Assembly (NCBI GenBank): GCA_964188305.1
Contig: OZ076885.1
Direction: 5' to 3' (one strand)
Length of the DNA stretch: 64,000 nucleotides
From: Podarcis bocagei
Lineage: Eukaryota
The translations under genes and the position numbers were made by a program. Shown piece after piece: positions 38,258 through 49,974 of the stretch; positions within the stretch are counted from its first letter, which is position 1, and the number at the start of each line of letters is the position of its first letter. Under the pieces are notes generated by a model. The model was not told the DNA's origin, searched no databases, and saw nothing but the letters and a program-made list of their open reading frames with translations.

Positions 38258-38936
38258 AAAGCCTTGTAGTCCCAATCCCTGGCATGCTTACTTTGAAGTA
38301 AATCTCACTAAAATGCTTAAAGCTTCAAATTTGCTAGAGCTAGAAGGGATGGAGATGGATGGAAGGATTGGCAGCCAGAGAAGGGATGATGACACCACAT
38401 TAGAATTATGCAATATATAGAAAGCATCTACAAGCTTTGACTATGTGTAAACTGTTCCTTTTCATTTGTCACATCTATGCCATAACAAGCGCTTGTGAGA
38501 ACACTGCAGCCTGAAAGTATTTATTTGAAAAACAAAACAGAGTACATCTTTTTATATATATTAAAAAACCCTTTTAAAAAGCCACAAGGCCTCAAGAGGT
38601 TGGTTGGTCCTTGTTGCACTGCAATAAAATTAAAATAGTTCACAACTTTCTCTAATGAATTTAAATATTACACTATTTAGATGAATAATGAACTTCGAAT
38701 GTGTGAGCTATTAAAAAGCCATTAAAAACAACCACAAAATGCATTAGTACATTTAAACCGCATATTGTGTAAGGAAAAGAAAAACAAGTCTACAGTGAAA
38801 TTATCTGCATGTTTACTCAGAAGTAAGCTCCACATGGAGCTCGCTTCCATTTGAGTGTTTATATATAGAATGGCAACCATACTTGATCAAGCGGGAGTCA
38901 AGTATGTATCTGATGCAGGCAATTTTAGTTGTATTC

Positions 38937-38985
<49 letters not shown>
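38937..38985. repeat. (ATAG)n microsatellite
   Basis: Read directly from the sequence. Confidence 0.97.
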
Positions 38986-39470
38986 CAGATCAGAGAGAAG
39001 ACAATGTTTACGAGAGATTTTGTTTTTACAAAATAGAATTACGTAAATGCCATTAAAATTAAATAAACCACAAGCTGCCAGACTAAGTAATAGCAACTCT
39101 CCTGCCATAGGTCTTCTATCCTTACATGAAGAAGCAACCAACAAAAACAAGGGCAGTGTGAAAGCAGAGCACAAGAGCTCTTTTGTAAGCAAAATGTCCA
39201 ATATCTTCTACATTTCCTGCCAGAAATCAGTTATATCAGCCCAAGTGAAAATTGGGGGTGGGTGCTTCTATTTAACTTCCCATAAAACACAATTTATTAT
39301 AAAGGGGGAGAAACAGGGAGTTGGTGTGGCCAGAGAGAAAATAAGGAAATGTACAACTAAGCTGGTGCGATGGCTCAGTACTCCAGATCAGCAGTGCATT
39401 GACCCTCTGTATCTCTGAGTCATTAGCTAGAATCCCAGCTCTGCCTTCAGGAGTAGGGAATTGAACTCAC

Positions 39471-39691
39471 ACACTGATGTGGGGAGATTCAGGATCTTGA
39501 GCATGCCAGACAGAAGGGTCATTCTCCGTGATGAGGAGGACGGTTGCCCCCCTGGGGAGGGGAAAAACTGGATGAGTGATTGTCGCACGATTCAAGCAAT
39601 GGACATGCTGCTGACTCAGGGATGGACACTGACAGGCACCAATGCGTCAGGCCAGCTTGCTCCTAGTGGGAGTTGTTTTAGGGCACTAGTG
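39471..39691 (-). other. Candidate exon (internal 221 nt, or a first exon from a TATAAATA at 39758-39765)
   Basis: Donor TGT|GTGAGT and acceptor TTTCCCCTTGACTTTTGCATGTACCTGTCAG, in a GC-richer, CpG-retaining island. Confidence 0.4.
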
Positions 39692-40205
39692 CTGACAGGT
39701 ACATGCAAAAGTCAAGGGGAAATAATATACATATACATGGTGTGTGTTTTACATCTCTATTTATACACCAACAGCAAGGACACACATACAATCAAGTCTA
39801 TGTGAATGAGAGTAGAAGTGGAGCACTGGCTTCTTCTGTTTAGCACATACAAAGCTCATGTTAAGCATTCATCTGTAGTGTGTGCTTGTGTTTTTCCCCG
39901 CATTAGACATTTAAGTCTGACACCCTGGTATGCGTGCATATATTATGCACACGTGTAATTTGCATATGTGTAGTATCATGCATAAATGACAGCCAATTTA
40001 AAATGCCATTCTCTAATTTATATGCAAATTCTACCTCTGATAAAATAAAATAAAACATATTTTAAAAGCAGCTTATAATGCTAACACATTATTCCCATGA
40101 ATGATTCTCAGTAAACTACATATGCTGACTGCAGGGCTCTTTTTTATTATCAAATGATTTATTGGATAGAGAACGAACCCACTTAAACTACAGTGATTCG
40201 CATGA

Positions 40206-40385
40206 NNNNNNNNNNNNNNNNNNNNNNNNNNNNNNNNNNNNNNNNNNNNNNNNNNNNNNNNNNNNNNNNNNNNNNNNNNNNNNNNNNNNNNNNNNNNNNN
40301 NNNNNNNNNNNNNNNNNNNNNNNNNNNNNNNNNNNNNNNNNNNNNNNNNNNNNNNNNNNNNNNNNNNNNNNNNNNNNNNNNNNNN
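40206..40385. other. Assembly gap (180 N)
   Basis: N run. Confidence 0.98.
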
Positions 40386-41912
40386 CACCAGGGAATTGTG
40401 TACTCCAACCTATTCCCAGTTTGCTTACAGATGCAAATATGCACTCCTCTCTTTTAACTACTAGAGTGTGGAGATGGAAGTTTACACAAACCACATCAGT
40501 TGTGTAAAAACAATGACGGGATTTTCAAAAGTTTTAAAGTGAAAGCTGATTTATACATTTGAATTGATGTGAATATAAAAGATAGAACACTTTCAGAAAC
40601 GCTGAAAAACCAAATCAATAGAATTACTATATCCGAAACAGATCAATGAAGGGAAAATAACAGAAAATATTTCAAGCTAAAAGCCAAATATTTTTCAGAG
40701 GACTATCCTCACAGCCCTACAGATATAAATGTTTAGACTGTGATCTTCTGCCCAGCTACACACAAACAGCCGCCTTCCTATGGAAATGTTTAAAAATACA
40801 TTTCCAAAAAGATCCATTTCTAAAAGGCTAAACGTGAACTATTGGGGCACAACTAAAACATAAACCCTATTTGGGTTGCAACTATTATTGTCTTTTATCA
40901 TCTCTTTATTTCAGCCTGGATATCTGCATCTGAAATTTGTCAGAATTTATCCTAAAGCAAGTGCCCTCTCCTGTGTCTATCCAAGGAATACAAGTCTTGT
41001 CTCCTCACAATTAACAGACCTTGTCTGCTGCTGCATCTCACTCCCCCCACCCCCTGAATGAGCATAGGCTTAAAAAAAGAAAACCCCAACACATACTGTA
41101 TTTGCTGCTAGGCACTTAAATAGTTGTCTCGTCCATTTTAGTAGAACACTGTACTATCCATGAAGCAACGCTTTCCCACTCTCCATCACTGTATTACACA
41201 GAGTTAAATGCTGCAAGCCAGAATAAGGATCATCAAATGGTCTAAAAATGTATGCTACATAAAGGCCTTAAAACACGCACACAGTTCAGATCCGGCCTGG
41301 TATAGTCAATGTCCATGATATTATTACATAAAGACTAAATAAGCATGTCTGCGTTGCAAAACTGCATTGTGAAGATAAGTGTACGTAACAAACGTGGGGG
41401 TAGGGAGGGGCGTATTCCACAGCGTATTTGCCTTATTAAAAACAACATATACAAGCAACATATACTAACAAGTGTATATTTAATGTCAGAATCATCTAAT
41501 TTTTATGTTTCACTAAAGCACAAATTGTTTAGTTCTTAAAATTATGAACAACAAATTATTTTTCTACTAGTAGTAGATCCAGTTAGACAAACAGTATCCT
41601 GAAGGACAATTCATTTCACAGAAAATATGCTGAGTGCTGAAACAAATCATTTTTATTTACCTCAATGCTAAAAATAAAATTTCAACATCTCTGCCATTTT
41701 AATCAACTGTGTATCTAAGACAATCCTACACTTTCCATCCACGTCCGAGGCCCACATTAATCAGGTGTTAATTTTTTAAAAAATATATGCTCTAGCTGTT
41801 TGGAGTTCATTCAAGGTATTTCATTAGGAGCTTATTCGTTGAAAATAAACGTTCCAGCCATATCAAGTTTAACCCTTAGTGAAATGTGAATGAATGCTTT
41901 AAATGAGAAGAT

Positions 41913-42270
41913 NNNNNNNNNNNNNNNNNNNNNNNNNNNNNNNNNNNNNNNNNNNNNNNNNNNNNNNNNNNNNNNNNNNNNNNNNNNNNNNNNNNNNNNN
42001 NNNNNNNNNNNNNNNNNNNNNNNNNNNNNNNNNNNNNNNNNNNNNNNNNNNNNNNNNNNNNNNNNNNNNNNNNNNNNNNNNNNNNNNNNNNNNNNNNNNN
42101 NNNNNNNNNNNNNNNNNNNNNNNNNNNNNNNNNNNNNNNNNNNNNNNNNNNNNNNNNNNNNNNNNNNNNNNNNNNNNNNNNNNNNNNNNNNNNNNNNNNN
42201 NNNNNNNNNNNNNNNNNNNNNNNNNNNNNNNNNNNNNNNNNNNNNNNNNNNNNNNNNNNNNNNNNNNNNN
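41913..42270. other. Assembly gap (358 N)
   Basis: N run. Confidence 0.98.
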
Positions 42271-42557
42271 GGGAAAACAGCACAGCTCAGAAGAAATGGG
42301 ATTTGTTCCATTTGCATGATGCTGGCTCCCTTGGGCCCCTTTCTTTCAAATCCACAGCACAAAAGACAACACTTAACATATTTGCTTAAAGATGACAACC
42401 TCATGTTGATTTCATTTGGATGTAACAGTGTCAGGATTACAGATATGAGAATATATTATATCCGTAACAGAGACTGACAAATGTATCCATCAGTAGAACT
42501 GTCTGATTCATCTGCTTATACAGCCATTTTGCCATCCCAAGGGTTCCATCTAAGTAG

Positions 42558-42697
42558 NNNNNNNNNNNNNNNNNNNNNNNNNNNNNNNNNNNNNNNNNNN
42601 NNNNNNNNNNNNNNNNNNNNNNNNNNNNNNNNNNNNNNNNNNNNNNNNNNNNNNNNNNNNNNNNNNNNNNNNNNNNNNNNNNNNNNNNNNNNNNNNN
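42558..42697. other. Assembly gap (140 N)
   Basis: N run flanked by TAG...TAGAT, probably (TAGA)n. Confidence 0.98.
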
Positions 42698-42901
42698 TAG
42701 ATCCCCCTGGACTCAAAATATTGCTGGTTTTAAGCAACTTTCATTCTATACCATCAAAACTAAGATCACAATAAACCAGCAGCATATTTAAAACAAAAAA
42801 CAAAAAAAATGTAGATTTTTTAAAAGTACCCATTTTAAAAAGTGTGCTTTAATCCAATAAAAAAAACCATAAATGTCACTTGATAAGTACATTAAGCTTA
42901 C

Positions 42902-43197
42902 TTGGCCACTTAAAGGAATGTGTAGCACAATATCCCGGAATTCCCACACCAGCACGTAAATATTTCGATAGTAGTAGTAACACATTATTGCATTGTACTC
43001 CCTTATATTTGGACTTCCAAAAGTGGTTTGTCTTTTTATTTTAAGGTATTCCTCGATGTGTATATATTTATATCTAAAAACAGACCAGCAACTAGTCTTT
43101 AAAGATGCGCAATACTACAGAAATGTTGATGTCAACAGACATGCACATGTCTCTGCGGCTCCCTTCTGCGTATGATTTTATAGATCAACCCCACCCC
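42902..43197 (-). promoter_or_regulatory. Candidate TATA promoter plus ~250-nt first exon
   Basis: On the minus strand: a GGGGTGGGG box (~43188-43197), CTATAAAA (43176-43183), a GC-rich spacer, predicted TSS near 43150 and donor CAA|GTAAGC (intron starts at 42901). Confidence 0.45.
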
Positions 43198-44792
43198 TTT
43201 CTGATCAAATTAAGCAGTTAGGTAATGGTTTCACTCCATTTCAAAATGCATTACTTTGAATTGTGTATAGGGGCTTGTTCGTTCTTTCGTTCGTTCTCTC
43301 TCTCTATCCCTCCCTCTCTTTCTTTCTCTCCCGCGCCACCCCCTCCCACTACACAAAGTGACTAGGCATAATGAAATGCTGGCTGCATGTCTTTGTCCAG
43401 AGGAACTCTAAACTGCTTGTTGCTATTTGCTGGCACACAAGAACTGCAACATAATTCACTAGATTGGAGCTGTTTTGTAAAATGGAGTTAACTGCTGTAC
43501 GTGGAATTTCAGCCCTGCAGATGGTTATGAATCATTATTTTCAATTTGTTTAGTTTCACATAAGGAAAGGAGTATGGGGAGGGGGGAGCAAGATCAAAAT
43601 ATATGCCGAGGTTGCAGGGCGGGGGGTTAGTGTACTGGTTTGCAGTAACACAGCATTAAAATAATCTAGTACAAAGTACAAACCTCGTTAAAAAACGCTG
43701 AGTATATAACCCCACCTCCTCCTCTTCTTGCATTTCTGTTCATTGATCAGAATATTCAGTCCTAAAATCTGGACCACGTACAATTTTTGTTTGTTTTGTT
43801 TTGGAAATGGGATTGTAAGGTCTCTAAAAGCAAAGTCATCCTCTGTCACATTTGCCATCACTGAAGCCAAAATCATTCTATTCCATAAGTGGCTCCGTTG
43901 TCTGAGTGTAAATGGAACATAAAGCATTTATGGACAAGTGCATATGGACAGAAATTGAGCTGTAAATATATAGGCAGGGCAAATATTGGAGCCTAGAAAC
44001 ATCTGGGGCTGAAACACAAGATGTGAGACTTATTCTGAAAGTGGCCACTTAATTGCACAGTTGATTTATACACTTGCTGTTTCGATTAAACAGAATATTA
44101 GAAATTTCCTGAAGAGAAATACAGAAAGTGAATGCTTTAGTAAGGATGATTATGTTTCGATCTCATTGCAGAATAGGTGAAGGGGGGGTGGGAAATGGCA
44201 CTCTCTCTAACACTTCTTTAGAAAACAAATGAAGCATTTCTACTTCAAGGACAAACACTTAAAAGCTTTTCTAAATTCAAACCAAAAGCATTATTCTACA
44301 AAAGGTGCAGCCACCAAGCTTCAGTGTTTGAGAGTATCCTTAAAGCATACTTTGAGCAGTTAAATGATTAAATAGCTTCACTTTTTAAAAAAATCTACAT
44401 TTGATTATGTTGTTCAAAAGGCATCAACAGAATTAATGCACTTATCAGCATACTTATTAGTATTTCATTCTGGAGAGTTGATTCATTTGATTCTGGCGCC
44501 ACATTATCACAGCTGCCATCAGAGGCATTCAGACATGCCTTCTTCCTAAGCAGTATTAAGGGGGCCATGAAGACCCTCTTGGTTCGAAAAGCCTCTGCCC
44601 TTCTTCACGGCAAAAGAGCCTAAAAAGAAAAGCTGTAAAAGCCATCTATTCAATAGGGTAGCTTAGAAAGATTAAGGGTTTGGGCTTTTAGGCAAGGGTG
44701 GTATATACTGTCAATCATCCACTGGGTTGAAGCTTAATTTTCTCACTGGATTATATTTTCGGATTTAGCAATTAAAATATTGCCAAAGCAGT

Positions 44793-45120
44793 ATAAGATT
44801 ACATGAACCGCTTGCTGGACCAGAAGAAAGGTCCTTTTAGCATTCTCGGCTCCAACTGTGGCTAACCAGATGCTCCAAGGATACTCATGAAGGCATGTTG
44901 GAAAGAGCTGTGTATTGATGTCGTCCCCCCACCCCCGCATATACTGTCTCTGAAATATGAATATCTAATTCTTGGCTCTTATGCTGACAGCTAGGTCTAT
45001 CCTCCATGAATTTCCCTTACTCTCTTCAAAAGCAGCTTAGCAGCAAGCACCACTCATGTGGCAGTGAGTTCTGTAAGTTCTGTGGAAGTAGTTTATTTTG
45101 TTTCTCCTGAACCTACTGCT
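44793..45120 (-). mobile_element. CR1 LINE 3' fragment, degraded
   Basis: TGCTGGACCAG...GTGGCTAACCAGATGC...CTATCCTCCATGAATTT...TGTGGCAGTGAGTTC. Confidence 0.65.
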
Positions 45121-45255
45121 AATAACAGATTTTGATGGCCCTAAATTTTGTAGATTGCAAGAGAAAATCTGAAACCGCGAGATGTAACCATGACATTTCA
45201 AATCAACTGTATAGTGAAGCAATCACAATTCTTATTTCTAGCACTCTGTTTACAG

Positions 45256-45378
45256 CAGGGATGGGGACCTGTATGGTGTTAAGTTTCCCAATTCGTATCA
45301 GTCCCAGCCACTGTGGCCAATAGTCAGAGGTGTTTCTTGCCCTGAAACATCTAGAGGGGACCAGTTTTCCCACTTCTG
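45256..45378. mobile_element. hAT-type MITE, degraded
   Basis: CAGGGATGGGGACCTG...CCCAGCCA..GTGGCCAATAGTCAG...AACATCTAGAGGG...TTCCCACTTCTG. Confidence 0.6.
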
Positions 45379-45837
45379 AATTAAAGGAGGCTATTTGAAG
45401 AACGTGCAAGTCTAACAGAAATGGTGTAGAAACAACCTTCTGACTTGGGTAATACCAAGTCAGCAAAATGTCACAATAATGTGGCAAGCTTCTGAGTTTT
45501 CCAGAACTTTTCATCAGGAAAGACACAAAACAAAGGTTGAGGGACAAGAAAATTTTGGCTAGATGTTGTAGCCATGAGGCCAGCTTGTATAGTTGGTAAG
45601 TACCTCCCAGATACTACAGATATTAGGTTACACATCTTAGGGGCAACCTCTCTTCAGGAAACAAACAATACCAATAATTATCTGTGATCCCAAGAACTCA
45701 TCTCCTAGGAAGAAATGAAACCTTAATATTCAAAAGGAAGTATGGCCCTACTCAGGCATTTGATTGAATATATGTGGGCCTAAAGTGGATTGGGGTTGGG
45801 ACATGCATGCAAGTTCCACCACTAACATAACATATCT

Positions 45838-45934
45838 ATGTATGCCGGCTCCACTTTCAGCCTTCATGTGTTAAGCACGAAGAGATAGCCATTTGCTCAA
45901 TATGTGAAGGTCAGAAGTGGAGCCAGCACATGCA
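45838..45934. repeat. Imperfect inverted repeat (~40-bp arms)
   Basis: GCCGGCTCCACTTTCAGCCTTCATGTGTTAAGCA versus TGCTCAATATGTGAAGGTCAGAAGTGGAGCCAGC. Confidence 0.8.
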
Positions 45935-47202
45935 ATGGGGTTATGCTTGCCTGCGTGCCTCCAGCCCTCTCCACTGCAGAATACCTGAGTGGGGCTTAGA
46001 TGCAGTGGGGGGTGAGGACATCTTTCTCCACAAGGCCAAGTCAATGGGTTTATGTTGCTCATTCTGGAGAGCAAGTGCCATTGCTTTCTTATGACACAAT
46101 GCCATCCCAACACCCATAATTTCTGCTCATAATTGCCGATAACATTTCAAGGCCCATTACTTAGCTTAACTACTCACTTTTAGGAGAGGTACATAAGGCT
46201 GCAAAGGAGTGGCTGTAGTGTGACTCACTTGTTAAGTGAGTGTATGAGATACAAACACAGCTGCACACATATGCTGATTGCCCAGGGGATGGGGAGAGAT
46301 CTTCATCCCTTAGGTAAGTATTTCTGAACTTTTTGAATACACCCCTCCCCTCCTATACTCCTATACCAATCATTTGGTGTCCTATGTGCAGACATCTCTG
46401 AATGAAGTTGTGTGCACATAGCCTGCTCCAGAACATGATTCTCTGCAGACTGAGAAGGTAGAGCCACTGCAGCATTGGAAGGAGAACAGAGTAAGAGATC
46501 TGATCCCTCCCTATAAAAACCAAGCATTGAGAAAGATAAGCATGAAGCAGGAGCTCTTTCTATTCTCCTTTCTTCTCAGCTCACATTAGAACAATGGATT
46601 TAAACTCAACATATTTCCACTGGCCCGATATGAATCCATCATTATTTTGCTTGTGGCATAAAACTTTTTCACCAGACACAAAATATACACCTTTGGATAT
46701 TTCCAGCCAAAGTTCAACTGGAAGAATATGGTCCTATGAACAAAACACTTATCAATGGTGTGCTTATCAAATGATACGGGTGGTGTATTATATAATCAGA
46801 GTAAGGCTACGTCTACCAAACTGAAAATAACTGATCAGTGAAATGAAACTTTCCTTTCCATCGTCGCTCTTACTCATCTCCTACCCCACCCCCTGCAAGC
46901 TCTCCATAGTTTACTTACCAACCTGTGCAGGTCTACTTCAGCTGAGTTTTTCAGGATGCTTGTGTACCATTCCTTTCCTAAGAGAGTATGGAATGTTGCC
47001 TTATACAGTACACTCCAGCAAAATTACCATCCTTTCTTTTAATGCATCCTTGTCTATATTTATGCACATCATGGTGACCCAGAAGAGGCCAGAACAGAGC
47101 AGGCTTATGCGTGTTCCACCATCATACATGATGACCCAGAACACAACCCCCGTGCAAACGGGTTGCCTGTACTAGGAATTCACTTAGTAAATTCAGATAA
47201 TA

Positions 47203-47537
47203 CAAGCCCGGTCTGGAACGCGAGATGATGGCCGCGTCATCAGCATACAACAACAAAGGGGTCCTTCTCATTCCTATTTTGGGAATGTGTCCATCTGGGT
47301 CCATTAAGTTCTCTTCTAGGTCATTTAAGAATAGACAAAACAATGTGGGGGCCAAAATACAACTCTGTCTCACCCCCACCCCCTAGTCATCTCGATGCTG
47401 TTCGATAGCTGTCCCTGTCGACCGCATCGGACCTGCAGTTTGGTTCCATTGTACAGAGCTTTTATAAGAAAGAGAAGTCGTTTGTCCTGCAAAATCAGAC
47501 TCAATTTGGACCATAGCTGGGATCTGGGGATGGAGCG
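47203..47537 (-). mobile_element. Internal reverse-transcriptase fragment of a non-LTR retrotransposon (RTE-X-like)
   Basis: SIPRSQLWSKL..DKRLLFLIKALYNGTKLQVRCG...GVRQSCILAPTLFCLFLNDL...PLLLYADDAAIISRSRPGL, including the YADD motif. Confidence 0.88.
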
Positions 47538-48439
47538 TAATAAAGATTGATGATGAAATTCAGATGAGAAGTAAGTAATAGTTTGAAAAGAAAAGATTCA
47601 CTCCCTGAAGACATACCCATCTCTTTAGATGTGGCAGGAGGAGTCAGTTCTGGAAGCTATACTAAAATGCATGCCTAAATAGTACCAGAACAAACAATAA
47701 CGTAAAAAAAAGGTACAAAACAACTAGACCAAGAGCAAACTCTTCACTCAGAATATGTAACCAAAGTTGGCAAAGTGTTCTAAATGTTATTAGACTGCCA
47801 ACAGTGACATATCAAAGCTAAAAAATGCCATGTACTAATGTAGTGTTAATGAACTTAAACTAGTTTTAAATTGCAACCTGTCAACAATGATCTTAAGCCA
47901 GTTGTAGGAAGCCCCTCCCCTCTGTCATCCTCCACTACCAGACTGATACCTTATGGGTTCATCTTTCCAGTCTCACTTTGGTGACATTTGTAAACTAGTG
48001 GAAACAGACCCAATTCATAGATTATAAGCAGCATTGGTTTTCTAGTAGAGTTTGAAGGAAGTAATTATGTGAACAGGAACGGCAACACAATTTCTTCTAA
48101 ACCAAAGTGATCTGTTTCCAGCTAAACAAAGTAACCACATCACATGCACACACCGTTGTTCTTATACAGTATTACTGGAACTGCATTGAAACAGTGCAGC
48201 TAACATATAAATTTGTCTCTACCTTCTGGGATAGATACAAAAAAAAAGAACACCCTACTATCAATTCAGAATACTTAAGAGGACTCTACAGGTCAAATAT
48301 TTTGCATGTTGAGAGCTGAATATGATAAATTATACGGGAAAAGTCTGAACAGTTGCTTTCAAGTAACTGTAACAGTAGATCTGCTTATTCTCTCAGATTA
48401 CAGCAATGGCAAACACATACTGTATCTCTGGGCTTAATT

Positions 48440-49133
48440 CAGTGTTTCTCAAACTGTTTTCTCTGGGCCACACTTTCAGAATAATGAATTTGCTCAAGCC
48501 ACACCAAACTTTTTATAAGAAATACATTGGGGGGGGGGACAACTCCTAGCAGTGATTTATTTATAAAACAGAACACAACCACTTTATAATATGATCATGG
48601 GCCATCCAGAAAGTATAAAGCAATTCAACTACATAAGAACATGAATCATTCCCAAAATAAAATTATAAACAAGCCTCTTACACATGTACCTTAAGTATGT
48701 AAACAAAGTCAATGAGAGTTGTGGGCTTGCTTTTTCCAGGAAATCTGATTTATATCGGGTCCAATTTGAGTCAAACAAATTCTTATCTCATCAACACAAA
48801 TAAGCCTTTCTCCTTTCTCCTTTCTGATCTTTCATATTTATCATAGTTGAAAATCCCTGTTCACAACAGTATGACATAGAGAACTGTAGAAGAATAGCCA
48901 ATACAATTCTTCAGCAAATCTGTTCAAACAGCGATTCTGGATCACAACTAGGATTGTCCTCAATATCACTTGATACACTTTGCTCTCATTGTGAAAAGGT
49001 ATCTGTTCATATTCTGCAAATATTTTTTAAACTATACACTGCACTAAACTACAATGCACTGAAATGTTTTAATGTTTCTTTGATTGCCCTTTAATCTTGC
49101 CATCCTCTCCTGCCACACTGGTTTAATCCAGTG
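48440..49133 (-). mobile_element. Internally deleted hAT-Charlie transposon with transposase remnants
   Basis: TIR CAGTGTTTCTCAAACT and approximate TSD GCTTAATT / GCTTAAAG. The minus strand encodes AILLQFSMSYCCEQGFSTMINMK...ERLICVDEIRICLTQIGPDINQISWKKQAHNSH*, the Charlie-type C-terminal dimerisation region. Confidence 0.8.
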
Positions 49134-49302
49134 GCTTAAAGATAATTTAACAATGGATCCCTCATGCCATGGAGCACAGCAACATTAACAGAACCATAGT
49201 GCTGAAAGGAATCCATGAAATTTATTTCATTTCCCTAAATAATCAGCAAAGATTTTTCACACAGTGCAATACTACTGCTAGTCAATAACTGTGGAATATC
49301 CC

Positions 49303-49322
49303 ATATATATATATATATATAT

Positions 49323-49362
<40 letters not shown>
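49303..49362. repeat. Compound (AT)n(AG)n microsatellite
   Basis: Read directly from the sequence. Confidence 0.95.
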
Positions 49363-49365
<3 letters not shown>

Positions 49366-49974
49366 CACATCTGTGTGGAACATGCACTTTCCAGGCCCCC
49401 CCCCAACTGCCTTGGGAATAAGTGTTGCTGCTTGCAGGTCAGTTGTGAGGGATTTTTTCCTAGCACCCATACTACCAAAATGTAGCAGCAGCAACTTCCC
49501 AGAAAAAAGGAAACAGCTTTTCTTCAAATGAAGAGTTATATTTTTTCTAAATATGCTGAATAAAAATGTTTTAAAAGACAGAAAAACTCATAAGTTAGCA
49601 GACACCATAATAAAGCTTAATATCTCATAATCCATGCATGCCTTCTATTTAATAATGGTACTACTTGAGCTGAAAGAACTGCATTTCCCCACTAAATAAT
49701 ATTGCCACTTGAGCACTAAGAAAACCCTATATCTCAAATATTTTGTGCCAAAAAGTCTGGAACATCCTCAGCAAACAAATTCACCGAACTGGCACAGAAA
49801 ACAGCTAAGAGTTTGAGCTGTGGGTGGTCACTCCCAAAAGCAGATTCCAAAACCTCCTACAGGGATTGTTCAACAGCTGTACAATCCTGGCAACTTCTGT
49901 TACTGGTATGGCATAATCATACTCTTAGATCAAACCAAGTAGAAAACAGTTTCCAAATGTAGCATCGACTACAA

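Noticed and set aside
37806-42774. Long ORFs containing X runs (up to 204 aa)
   Set aside because: They are artefacts of translating through N gaps and microsatellites.
43716-43761. 46-nt minus-strand exon (TTTTAG ... GAG|GTGGGG) and overlapping 79-aa ORF
   Set aside because: Poor pyrimidine tract, weak donor and no recognisable peptide.
45575-45594. let-7-like TGAGGCCAGCTTGTATAGTT
   Set aside because: The seed is wrong and there is no complementary arm; a chance match.
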